From Macrostomum lignano (lineage: Eukaryota), in contig NIVC01000093.1 of assembly GCA_002269645.1 (NCBI GenBank), forward strand, positions 372,001-436,000: a stretch of DNA of 64,000 bases, given 5' to 3'. Positions 44,582 through 57,525 of the stretch are shown here, piece by piece; position 1 is the first letter of the stretch; each line of letters begins with the position of its first letter. The notes beneath the pieces were generated by a model. That model ran no database searches, had not been told where the DNA came from, and saw nothing but the letters and a program-made list of their open reading frames with translations. The translations under genes and the position numbers were made by a program.

Positions 44582-47500
44582 AAGACAGACAGACTGGCAG
44601 ACAGACAGAGAGACAGACAGACTGGCAGACAGACAGAGAGACAGACAGACTGGCAGACAGTTAGTCAGTCAGCCAGACTGGCAGACAGAGAGACAGACAG
44701 TTAGTCAGTCAGTCGGACAGACACAGGCAGACAGAAGTGAAGCAAAACAAACAAGAAACCTGATAAGTTCGGCACCGGATATGCGCCGAAGAAAAAACAA
44801 TTTTGATTTTCAGAAACATAATCCGTGATGCAGCTCAGAATTGAAACGAGTTTAGTAGCAGAAAAAATCAGTTGTTGAGACTCGGTTTTTATCAGCCAAG
44901 GGAATTGCATGGATGTTGCTCTAGAGTGAGTCGAATTAGGGAGAGCGGGATCCTGTCGCCCCGCATATCAAATGCCCACTCTCCCATTCTCACTCTTCCT
45001 CCCATTCTCACTCTTCCTCCCTCCCATTCTCACTCCCTCCCTCCCATTCTCACTCCCTCCCTCCCATTCTCACTCCCTCCCTCCCATTCTCACTCCCTCC
45101 CTCCCATTCTCCCTCCCTCCCTCCCATTCTCACTCCCTCCCTCCCATTCTCACTCTTCTCCCGCCAACTCTCACTCTCCCTCCCTCCCATTCTCACTCCC
45201 CCTCCCTCCCATTCTCACTCCCTTCCTCCCATTCTCACTCCCTTCCTCCCATTCTCACTCCCTCCCTCCCATTCTCACTCTCCCTCCCTCCCTTCCATTC
45301 TCCCTCCCTCCCTCCCTCCCATTCTCACTCCCTCCCTCCCATTCGCACTCCCTCCCTCCCTCCCTCCCATTCTCACTCCCTCCCTCCCATTCGCACTCCC
45401 TCCCTCCCATTCTCCCTCCCTCCCTCCCATTCTCACTCCCTCCCTCCCATTCTCACTCCCTCCCTCCCATTCTCACTCCCTCCCTTCCATTCTCCCTCCC
45501 TCCCTCCCATTCTCACTCCCTCCCTCCCATTCTCACTCCCTCCCTCCCATTCTCACTCCCTCCCTCCCATTCTCACTCCCTCCCTCCCATTCTCACTCCT
45601 TCCCTCCCACTCTCACTCTCTCTCTCTCCCCTTATCACTTCCTACTCACTACTGCTGATTAATATATATTTATTCTTCAATTTGGCACGGAGATGAACTG
45701 CCCCACACTCGGTCAGCATCCGATGTTACTATGCCAGCTAAAGGGAGAGAGAGAGTGGGAATGGCCCTAATATGTACTATTATTGCATACGCACTAAGGC
45801 CGAGTTTACACCCTTACTCAATCAAGTCACGTGTGCTAGTAGACAAGTGGATAATTTGGATCAATGTCGGACACACGGACAGATCGAATGCAGCAACAGG
45901 ATAAGAGATAAGTAAGGAGCGGACACGGATCGAACTCGAGAGACGGCGGGTAACTCACTTAGGCAAGAGATGCAGTGAGGGAGCATTATGAGGATCTGCA
46001 CAAAAGGAAGCTACTTCCTTTTTTTGCTGCAGAGCTCACGTTGATTAGATAGAGACATGTACAACTTAGGAAATAGGCTGAATACTTGTGCGATCCATGC
46101 CTATCTGAATCTTTATCTAATCTCCTTCAGATATTCAGATAGACATGGATAGAGATTCAGATAGACATGGATAGAGATTCAGATAGACATGGATAGAGAT
46201 TCAGATAGACATGGATAGAGATTCAGATAGACATGGAAAGATATTCAGATAGGCATGGATAGAGATTCAGATAGACATGGATAGAGATTCAGATAGACAT
46301 GGATAGAGATTCAGATAGACATGGAAAGAGATTCAGATAGACATGGAAAGAGATTCAGATAGGCATGGATAGAGATTCAGATAGACATGGATAGAGATTC
46401 AGATAGACATGGATAGAGATTCAGATAGACATGGATAGAGATTCAGATAGACATGGGTATCGAGATTCATATAGACATGGATAGAGATTCAGATAGACAT
46501 GGATAGAGATTCAGATAGACATGGATAGAGATTCAGATAGGCATGGATAGAGATTCAGATAGACATGGATAGAGATTCAGATAGACATGGATAGAGATTC
46601 AGATAGACATGGATAGAGATTCAGATAGACATGGGTATCGAGATTCATATAGACATGGATAGAGATTCAGATAGACATGGATAGAGATTCAGATAGGTAT
46701 GGATAGAGATTCAGATAGACATGGATAGAGATTCAGATAGGTATGGATAGAGATTCAGATAGACATGGAAAGATATTCAGATAGGCATGGATAGAGATTC
46801 AGATAGACATGGATAGAGATTCAGATAGACATGGATAGAGATTCAGATAGACATGGAAAGAGATTCAGATAGACATGGAAAGAGATTCAGATAGGCATGG
46901 ATAGAGATTCAGATAGACATGGATAGAGATTCAGATAGACATGGATAGAGATTCAGATAGACATGGATAGAGATTCAGATAGACATGGATAGAGATTCAG
47001 ATAGGCATGGATAGAGATTCAGATAGACATGGATAGAGATTCAGATAGACATGGATAGAGATTCAGATAGACATGGATAGAGATTCAGATAGACATGGGT
47101 ATCGAGATTCATATAGACATGGATAGAGATTCAGATAGACATGGATAGAGATTCAGATAGGTATGGATAGAGATTCAGATAGACATGGATAGAGATTCCG
47201 ATAGGTATGGATAGAGATTCAGATAGACATGGATAGAGATTCAGATAGACATGGATAGAGATTCAGATAGGCATGGATAGAGATTCAGATAGACATGGAT
47301 AGAGATTCAGATAGACATGGATAGAGATTCAGATAGACATGGATAGAGATTCAGATAGACATGGAAAGAGATTCAGATAGACATGGATAGAGATTCAGAT
47401 AGACATGGAAAGAGATTCAGATAGACATGGATAGAGATTCAGATAGACAAGGGTATCGAGATTCATATAGACATGGATAGAGATTCAGATAGGTATGGAT

Positions 47501-50500
47501 AGAGATTCAGATAGACATGGATAGAGATTCAGATAGACATGGATAGAGATTCAGATAGACATGGATAGAGATTCAGATAGACATGGATAGAGATTCAGAT
47601 AGACATGGATAGAGATTCAGATAGACATGGATAGAGATTCAGATAGACATGGATAGAGATTCAGATAGACATGGATAGAGATTCATATAGACATGGATAG
47701 AGATTCAGATAGACATGGGTATCGAGATTCAGATAGACATGGATAGAGATTCAGATAGACATGGATAGAGATTCAGATAGACATGGATAGAGATTCAGAT
47801 AGACATGGATAGAGATTCATATAGACATGGATAGAGATTCAGATAGACATGGGTATCGAGATTCATATAGACATGGATAGAGATTCAGATAGGCATGGAT
47901 AGAGATTCAGATAGACATGGATAGAGATTCAGATAGACATGGATAGAGATTCATATAGACATGGATAGAGATTCAGATAGACATGGGTATCGAGATTCAG
48001 ATAGACATGGATAGAGATTCAGATAGACATGGATAGAGATTCAGATAGACATGGATAGAGATTCAGATAGACATGGATAGAGATTCATATAGACATGGAT
48101 AGAGATTCAGATAGACATGGGTATCGAGATTCATATAGACATGGATAGAGATTCAGATAGGCATGGATAGAGATTCAGATAGACATGGATAGAGATTCAG
48201 ATAGACATGGATAGAGATTCAGATAGACATGGGTATCGAGATTCATATAGACATGGATAGAGATTCAGATAGACATGGATAGAGATTCAGATAGACATGG
48301 ATAGAGATTCAGATAGGCATGGATAGAGATTCAGATAGACATGGATAGAGATTCAGATAGACATGGATAGAGATTCAGATAGACATGGATAGAGATTCAG
48401 ATAGACATGGGTATCGAGATTCATATAGACATGGATAGATATTCAGATAGACATGGATAGAGATTCAGATAGGTATGGATAGAGATTCAGATAGACATGG
48501 ATAGAGATTCAGATAGGTATGGATAGAGATTCAGATAGACATGGAAAGATATTCAGATAGGCATGGATAGAGATTCAGATAGACATGGATAGAGATTCAG
48601 ATAGACATGGATAGAGATTCAGATAGACATGGATAGAGATTCAGATAGGCATGGATAGAGATTCAGATAGACATGGATAGAGATTCAGATAGACATGGAT
48701 AGAGATTCAGATAGACATGGATAGAGATTCAGATAGACATGGGTATCGAGATTCATATAGACATGGATAGAGATTCAGATAGACATGGATAGAGATTCAG
48801 ATAGGTATGGATAGAGATTCAGATAGACATGGATAGAGATTCAGATAGGTATGGATAGAGATTCAGATAGACATGGATAGAGATTCAGATAGACATGGAT
48901 AGAGATTCAGATAGGCATGGATAGAGATTCAGATAGACATGGATAGAGATTCAGATAGACATGGATAGAGATTCAGATAGACATGGATAGAGATTCAGAT
49001 AGACATGGAAAGAGATTCAGATAGACATGGATAGAGATTCAGATAGACATGGAAAGAGATTCAGATAGACATGGATAGAGATTCAGATAGACAAGGGTAT
49101 CGAGATTCATATAGACATGGATAGAGATTCAGATAGGTATGGATAGAGATTCAGATAGACATGGATAGAGATTCAGATAGACATGGATAGAGATTCAGAT
49201 AGACATGGATAGAGATTCAGATAGACATGGATAGAGATTCAGATAGACATGGATAGAGATTCAGATAGACATGGATAGAGATTCAGATAGACATGGATAG
49301 AGATTCAGATAGACATGGATAGAGATTCATATAGACATGGATAGAGATTCAGATAGACATGGGTATCGAGATTCAGATAGACATGGATAGAGATTCAGAT
49401 AGACATGGATAGAGATTCAGATAGACATGGATAGAGATTCAGATAGACATGGATAGAGATTCATATAGACATGGATAGAGATTCAGATAGACATGGGTAT
49501 CGAGATTCATATAGACATGGATAGAGATTCAGATAGGCATGGATAGAGATTCAGATAGACATGGATAGAGATTCAGATAGACATGGATAGAGATTCATAT
49601 AGACATGGATAGAGATTCAGATAGACATGGGTATCGAGATTCAGATAGACATGGATAGAGATTCAGATAGACATGGATAGAGATTCAGATAGACATGGAT
49701 AGAGATTCAGATAGACATGGATAGAGATTCATATAGACATGGATAGAGATTCAGATAGACATGGGTATCGAGATTCATATAGACATGGATAGAGATTCAG
49801 ATAGGCATGGATAGAGATTCAGATAGACATGGATAGAGATTCAGATAGACATGGATAGAGATTCAGATAGACATGGATAGAGATTCAGATAGACATGGAT
49901 AGAGATTCATATAGACATGGATAGAGATTCAGATAGGCATGGATAGAGATTCAGATAGACATGGATAGAGATTCAGATAGACATGGATACAGATACATGA
50001 AGACAGCAATCAAAAGTGACATTCTGAGAGAGTCAGAGAGAAATTGAGTCGAAGAAATTCAGTAAAAGACAATCATGAACAACCCCAAGAGACTCGAGAG
50101 AGTCTTGAAGCTCATGTGCAATGCATCGCACGCAAGCAATTAAGGAAACATATTTAAAATATTACGAGTAATATAGAAAACCTAATTACCGCTCTAGGCG
50201 CTGCAAAATATAGACCGGGGCATAGTTCCAGTCGCAGCAGATGGTCTCGCGGCTGGGCACCCTCGTCGGGTGCAGCAGCCTGGCACCGAGTGCGGCCCAG
50301 TTGGCTGATGAGGCGGCTGTACAGGGTGGCGTCTATGGGGCATTGGGCTGAATTGTACAGCAGAATGCCTGCGGGAAGAGGGAGGAGGTGGCACAGCAAC
50401 TGACGATCTGAGATCTGGATTGGTGCCCCAGCCACTGAGGATCTAGGAGGCTGGCCCAGCCACTGAGGATCTGGGAGATTTGCCTAGCAACTGAGAATTT

Positions 50501-53500
50501 GGGAGAGTTGCCTAGCAACTGAGAATTTGGGAGGCTGGCCCAGCAACTGAGGATCTAGGAGAGTTGCCTAGAACTGAGGATCTGGGAGGCTGGCCCAGCA
50601 ACTGAGAATCTGGGAGAGTTGCCTAGAACTGGGAATCTGGGAGGCTGGCTCAGCAACTGAGAATCTGGGAGAGTTGCCTAGAACTGGGAATCTGGGAGGC
50701 TGGCTCAGCAACTGAGAATCTGGGAGAGTTGCCTAGAACTGGGAATCTGGGAGGCTGGCTCAGCAACTGAGAATCTGGGAGAGTTGCCTAGCAACTGAGG
50801 ATCTGGGAGGCTGGCCCAGCAACTGAGAATCTGGGAGAGTTGCCTAGCAACTGAGGATCTGGGAGGCTGGCCCAGCAACTGACACTCTGGGAGGCTGGCC
50901 CAGCAACTGAGGATCTGGGAGGCTGGCCCAGCAACTGAGGATCTGGGAGGCTGGCCCAGCAACTGAGGATCTGGGAGAGTTGCCTAGCAACTGAGGATCT
51001 GGGAGAGTTGCCTAGCAACTGAGGATCTGGGAGGCTGGCCCAGCAACTGACACTCTTGGAGGCTGGCCCAGCAACTGAGGATCTGGGAGGCTGGCCCAGC
51101 AACTGACACTCTTGGAGGCTGGCCCAGCAACTGAGGATCTAATATGGCTAACTTAGCAACTAAAGACCAAAGATGATGTTGGCATACACTCATATTAACC
51201 TACAAAGCCTACAGTCTATAAAAAGCCTCAGCCATAGACATATATTGTAGCGACTATCTGTCAGGCAGAGCTGCTAGGCTTATTCAACTCAGCTGGAATA
51301 GCCTAGCCAGTGAGTAATACAAGCACTGATCACTATGGCAACAGCTCCGCCAACTCAGCCATCGCCATCAGCGGCAGCAGCGGCGCCTTCCTTGCCAGAC
51401 GCCGGCGGCAGCGCGCAGCGGTTCCCGGAGCTGCTGCTGAAATTGCGCGGCCACCGCAACACGGACATTCGCGACGGCAAATGCCGGATAGTGTACCGAT
51501 CTGAGCTCGACCCTCGCTGGACTGAACCGCAAGTTATCGATGAATCCGTTGTGATCGAACGGAATCGACTCGAGTCGCTTAATTTGCAGCGAATTAATCC
51601 AGACGTCAAAGAACGAACTCATGTTAAGTGCATCTGCACTAGACTGCTCAACCTCAGAGAGGATTGGTACGCCCACCTATATGACGGAACTATAATATGC
51701 AACGCTTGCGCCAGGTGCTTCCGGTGCAGAACACTATGCTTCACTGCCGCCAAGAAACTAAACAGCATTGACGGATTCGTTCTGTGCAACACCTGCATGC
51801 TTAGTTATGGCAGGTACAAGGAGCCAAAGATTAAAATCCGATTGCAACCGCTGCCAAAATCACTGGGCGACATGGAAACTGAGGCGGCTAAGCAGCAGAG
51901 TACGCCAGTTCAGGAGTCCCACATGACAACCGAGAGTATTCAGGCTAACAACGCTAACAGCAGCAACGGGTGAGACAGCCTATTGTTGTCATTAGCAACT
52001 GAGGATCTGGGGATGGTTGCTTAGTAACTGAGGATCTGGGGATGGTTGCTTAGCAACTAAGGATCTGGGGATAGTTGCTTAGCAACTGAGGATCTGGGGA
52101 TAGTTGCTTAGCAACTGAGGATCTGGGGATAGTTGCTTAGCAACTGAGGATCTGGGATGGTTGCTTAGCAACTGAGGATCTGGGGATGGTTGCTTAGCAA
52201 CTAAGGATCTGGGGATAGTTGCTTAGCAACTGAGGATCTGGGGATACTTGCTTAGCAACTAAGGATCTGGGATGGTTGCTTAGCAACTGAGGATCTGGGG
52301 ATAGTTGCTTAGCAACTGAGGATCTGGGGATGGTTGCTTAGCAACTAAGGATCTGGGGATAGTTGCTTAGCAACTGAGGATCTGGGGATACTTGCTTAGC
52401 AACTAAGGATCTGGGATGGTTGCTTAGCAACTGAGGATCTGGGATGGTTGCTTAGCAACTAAGGATCTGGGGATAGTTGCTTAGCAACTGAGGATCTGGG
52501 GATACTTGCTTAGCAACTAAGGATCTGGGATGGTTGCTTAGCAACTGAGGATCTGGGGATAGTTGCTTAGCAACTGAGGATCTGGGGATGGTTGCTTAGC
52601 AACTGGGGATCTGGGGATGGTTGCTTAGCAACTGAGGATCTGCGGATGGTTGCTTAGCAACTGAGGATCTGGGGATGGTTGCTTAGCGACTGAGGATCTG
52701 GGGATAGTTGCTTAGCAACTGAGGATCTGGGGATGGTTGCTTAGCAACTGAGGATCTGGGGATAGTTGCTTAGCAACTGAGGATCTGGGGATACTTGCTT
52801 AGCAACTGAGGATATGGGGATGGTTGCTTAGCAACTAAGGATCTGGGGATAGTTGCTTAGCAACTGAGGATCTGGGGATAGTTGCTTAGCAACTGAGGAT
52901 ATGGGGATGGTTGCTTAGCAACTAAGGATCTGGGGATAGTTGCTTAGCAACTGAGGATCTGGGGATACTTGCTTAGCAACTGAGGATATGGGGATGGTTG
53001 CTTAGCAACTAAGGATCTGGGGATAGTTGCTTAGCAACTGAGGATCTGGGGATGGTTGCTTAGCAACTAAGGATCTGGGGATAGTTGCTTAGCAACTGAG
53101 GATCTGGGGATGGTTGCTTAGCAACTAAGGATCTGGGATGGTTGCTTAGCAACTGAGGATCTGGGGATGGTTGCTTAGCAACTGGGGATCTGGGGATGGT
53201 TGCTTAGCAACAGAGAATCTGGAAATAGTTGCTTAGCAACAGAGAATCTGGATATAGTTGCTTAGCAACAGAGGATTTTCAACTGAGGCGACCTCAATTA
53301 TTGGAGTCATGGGAGTCTAGATTAAATGAGTCAAGGGGTCACGGGAGGTCAAGAGAAGGCAAGCTGGCTTGGAAACTTAACTTTGGTGCTGCGATTTAGG
53401 GTCAAAAATGCCGATGGAGATTAATGGGGGACAGTCAAATAGGCTCAACAACTTAGAGGAGGTCAAGGAGCTCAAAAGAGCTTAAAAGGTCAAAAGAGGG

Positions 53501-56500
53501 TCAAAAGGGGGTGAAGGAGGTCAAAAGGGTTTAAGGTCAAAAGAGAGTCAGGGAGGTCAATAGAAGGCAAATGGACCATTCCAATCAAAGGGACACCTTC
53601 TCCTTCTCGTTCCCAACACGCAGAGCGGGCGCAGCCGAAGGCGGAGGCGGAGCAACCGTCGAAGTCTTAACCGAGCCGCGCTTTCGCAAAGAAGGCCGCC
53701 GCCCGTTGCGTCAGATCCTGTACCCGGACCCGAGAAAACCCAATCACAATCGGCCGGATTATCGATTCGAGCCGCCGCCCTATCTGGCGGTTGACAGGAA
53801 CATAGGGCCGCAGGCGTGTCCGTCATGCCAGCAGCAGGCTCTGTCCCAGGCGCTGGTGGTCCCTGGCATAGCCAGAGTCTACCACGAGAGAGCCTTCCAG
53901 TGCGCGGCCTGTCAGAAGCCGATGCACTCCGGCTACCAGCTGCCAGATATACAGTTTGAAGGCTGCAGCTGTCCAACCAAGCCGATGGTGTGGTGCACCA
54001 AGGTGGCCTGTCAGCAGGCCAGACTACTGCACCACAGCGAGGCCAACTGCCAGCTGGAACCGCTGCATCCTGGCGGCCGGCCGAAACGGGACGTGCCAGG
54101 AATCCTGCCCAGATTTGATCCCAAAGATTTGAAGAAATATCACAAGGAGAGGCACGCTGCCTGAACGCTTGAGATTGCATTTTTTTATTCATTTCAGCCT
54201 GTGCAGTTGGAGCGATACAAGAATTCAGTGACGAAATAAACCGTTGAGTTCCATTGTTTTTTAGAGCGAGTGTGTAGTGTTGAGTTTTTTTTACTTAGGT
54301 ATCAACCTCCCAAAAGTGGATTAGCAATCCATTCGAATAAAGATGTAATAGTAGTTACGCTAGACTAGCAATCCATTCTAATTATATTAGTAGTTAGGCT
54401 AGACTAGCAATCCATTCTAATTATAATAGTAGTTAGGCTAGACTAGCAATCCATTCTAATTATATTAGTTGTTAGACTAGACTAGCAATCCATTCTAATT
54501 ATATTAGTAGTTAGGCTAGACTAGCAATCCATTCTAATTATATTAGTAGTTAGACTAGACTAGCAACCCATTCTAATTATTTTAGTAGTTAGACTAGACT
54601 AGCAATCCATTCTAATTATATTAGTAGTTAGACTAGACTAGCAATCCATTCTAATTATATTAGTAGTTAGGCTAGACTAGCAATCCATTCTAATTATAAT
54701 AGTAGTTAGGCTAGACTAGCAATCCATTCTAATTATAATAGCAGATAGACTAGACTAGCAATCCATTCTAATTATAATAGTAGTTAGACTAGACTAGCAA
54801 TCCATTCTAATTATAATAGTAGTTAGGCTAGACTAGCAATCCATTCTAATTATAATAGTAGATAGACTAGACTAGCAATCCATTCTAATTATAATAGTAG
54901 ATAGACTAGACTAGCAATCCATTCTAATTATAATAGTAGATAGACTAGACTAGCAATTCATTCTAATTATAATAGTAGATAGACTAGACTAGCAATCCAT
55001 TCTAATTATAATAGTAGATAGACTAGACTAGCAATCCATTCTAATTATAATAGTACATAGACTAGACTAGCAATCCATTCTAATTATAATAGTAGATAGA
55101 CTAGACTGGCAATCCATTCTAATTATAATAGTAGTTAGGCTAGACTAGCAATCCATTCTAATTATAATAGTAGATAGACTAGACTAGCAATCCATTCTAA
55201 TTATAATAGTACATAGACTAGACTAGCAATCCATTCTAATTATAATAGTAGATAGACTAGACTAGCAATCCATTCTAATTATAATAGTAGATAGACTAGA
55301 CTAGCAATCCATTCTAATTATAATAGTAGATAGACTAGACATAGCAGTCCATTCTAATTATAATAGTAGATAGACTAGACTAGCAATTCATTCTAATTAT
55401 AATAGTACATAGACTAGACTAGCAATTCATTCTAATTATAATAGTAGATAGACTAGACTAGCAATTCATTCTAATTATAATAGTAGATAGACTAGACTAG
55501 CAATCCATTCTAATTATAATAGTAGATAGACTAGACATAGCAGTCCATTCTAATTATAATAGTAGATAGACTAGACTAGCAATCCATTCTAATTATAATA
55601 GTACATAGACTAGACTAGCAATTCATTCTAATTATAATAGTAGATAGACTAGACTAGCAATCCATTCTAATTATAATAGTAGATAGACTAGACTAGCAAT
55701 CCATTCTAATTATAATAGTAGATAGACTAGACTAGCAATCCATTCTAATTATAATAGTAGATAGACTAGACTAGCAATCCATTCTAATTATAATAGTAGA
55801 TAGACTAGACTATCGAGCAATCCATTCTAATTATATTAGTAGTTAGGCTAGACTAGCAATCCATTCTAATTATAATAGTAGATAGACTAGACTAGCAATC
55901 CATTCTAATTATATTAGTACATAGACTAGACTAGCAATCCATTCTAATTATAATAGTACATAGACTAGACTAGCAATCCATTCTAATTATAATAGTAGAT
56001 AGACTAGACATAGCAGTCCATTCTAATTATAATAGTAGATAGACTAGACTAGCAATCCATTCTAATTATAATAGTAGATAGACTAGACTAGCAATCCATT
56101 CTAATTATAATAGTAGATAGACTAGACTAGCAATCCATTCTAATTATAATAGTAGATAGACTAGACTAGCAATCCATTCTAATTATAATAGTAGATAGAC
56201 TAGACTAGCAATTCATTCTAATTATAATAGTAGATAGACTAGACTAGCAATCCATTCTAATTATAATAGTACATAGACTAGACTAGCAATCCATTCTAAT
56301 TATAATAGTAGATAGACTAGACTATCGAGCAATCCATTCTAATTATAATAGTAGATAGACTAGACTATCGAGCAATCCATTCTAATTATAATAGTAGATA
56401 GACTAGACTAGCAATCCATTCTAATTATATTAGTACATAGACTAGACTAGCAATCCATTCTAATTATAATAGTACATAGACTAGACTAGCAATCCATTCT

Positions 56501-57474
56501 AATTATAATAGTAGATAGACTAGACATAGCAGTCCATTCTAATTATAATAGTAGATAGACTAGACTAGCAATCCATTCTAATTATAATAGTAGATAGACT
56601 AGACTAGCAATCCATTCTAATTATAATAGTAGATAGACTAGACTAGCAATCCATTCTAATTATAATAGTAGATAGACTAGACTAGCAATCCATTCTAATT
56701 ATAATAGTAGATAGACTAGACTAGCAATTCATTCTAATTATAATAGTAGATAGACTAGACTAGCAATCCATTCTAATTATAATAGCAGCTAGACTAGACT
56801 AGCAATCCATTCTAATGAAGATACAATAGCAGCTAGACTAGACTAGCAATCTATTCTAATGAAGATACAATAGCAGCTAGACTAGACTAGCAATCTATTC
56901 TAATGAAGATACAATAGCAGCTAGACAGACACTCACATTCGCTGGAATCCTTCGGCCGCAACAGAGTCCGCCAGTCTCTAAATCTTGCCAGCAGGTCCAT
57001 CACAAAGCCGGTTACTTCTTCGCAGCCCCGATTTTTCCAGGCCAACAGTCGTTTAGTCGCGGGCTCACTGGTTGCCAATAGCAACGTTGGCTCGGAGACA
57101 TCGCAGTGCGCGGCCAGCCACAGCAGCTGGCAGACGTGCGGGCAGAACGGCGCTAGACGGGTCAGGAAAGTCAAGCTGGCCAGACAGGCAACTCGCAGGG
57201 AGGCCTGACCAGCTAGCGGCGACTTCAGACACTCAACGGCGACATCGCAGAAGTCGGCGAGCCAAAATTCGCGCAGTCGATTAGCCGCCTCCTGAAGCTG
57301 CAGACTGTCGGCCGAGCAGCTGGTGTCGCACACCTCCACCAGGCCAGCTAGGCGGCTCATAAGCCAGGAGTCTACCTGGTTTGTGTTGTAAAGTACATTG
57401 TGTACTTTTTAATTCTATCCAATGCAAGCTAAGATTAGACAATTTATTAGTAATCCACTATATATTTATATATT

Positions 57475-57525
<51 letters not shown>

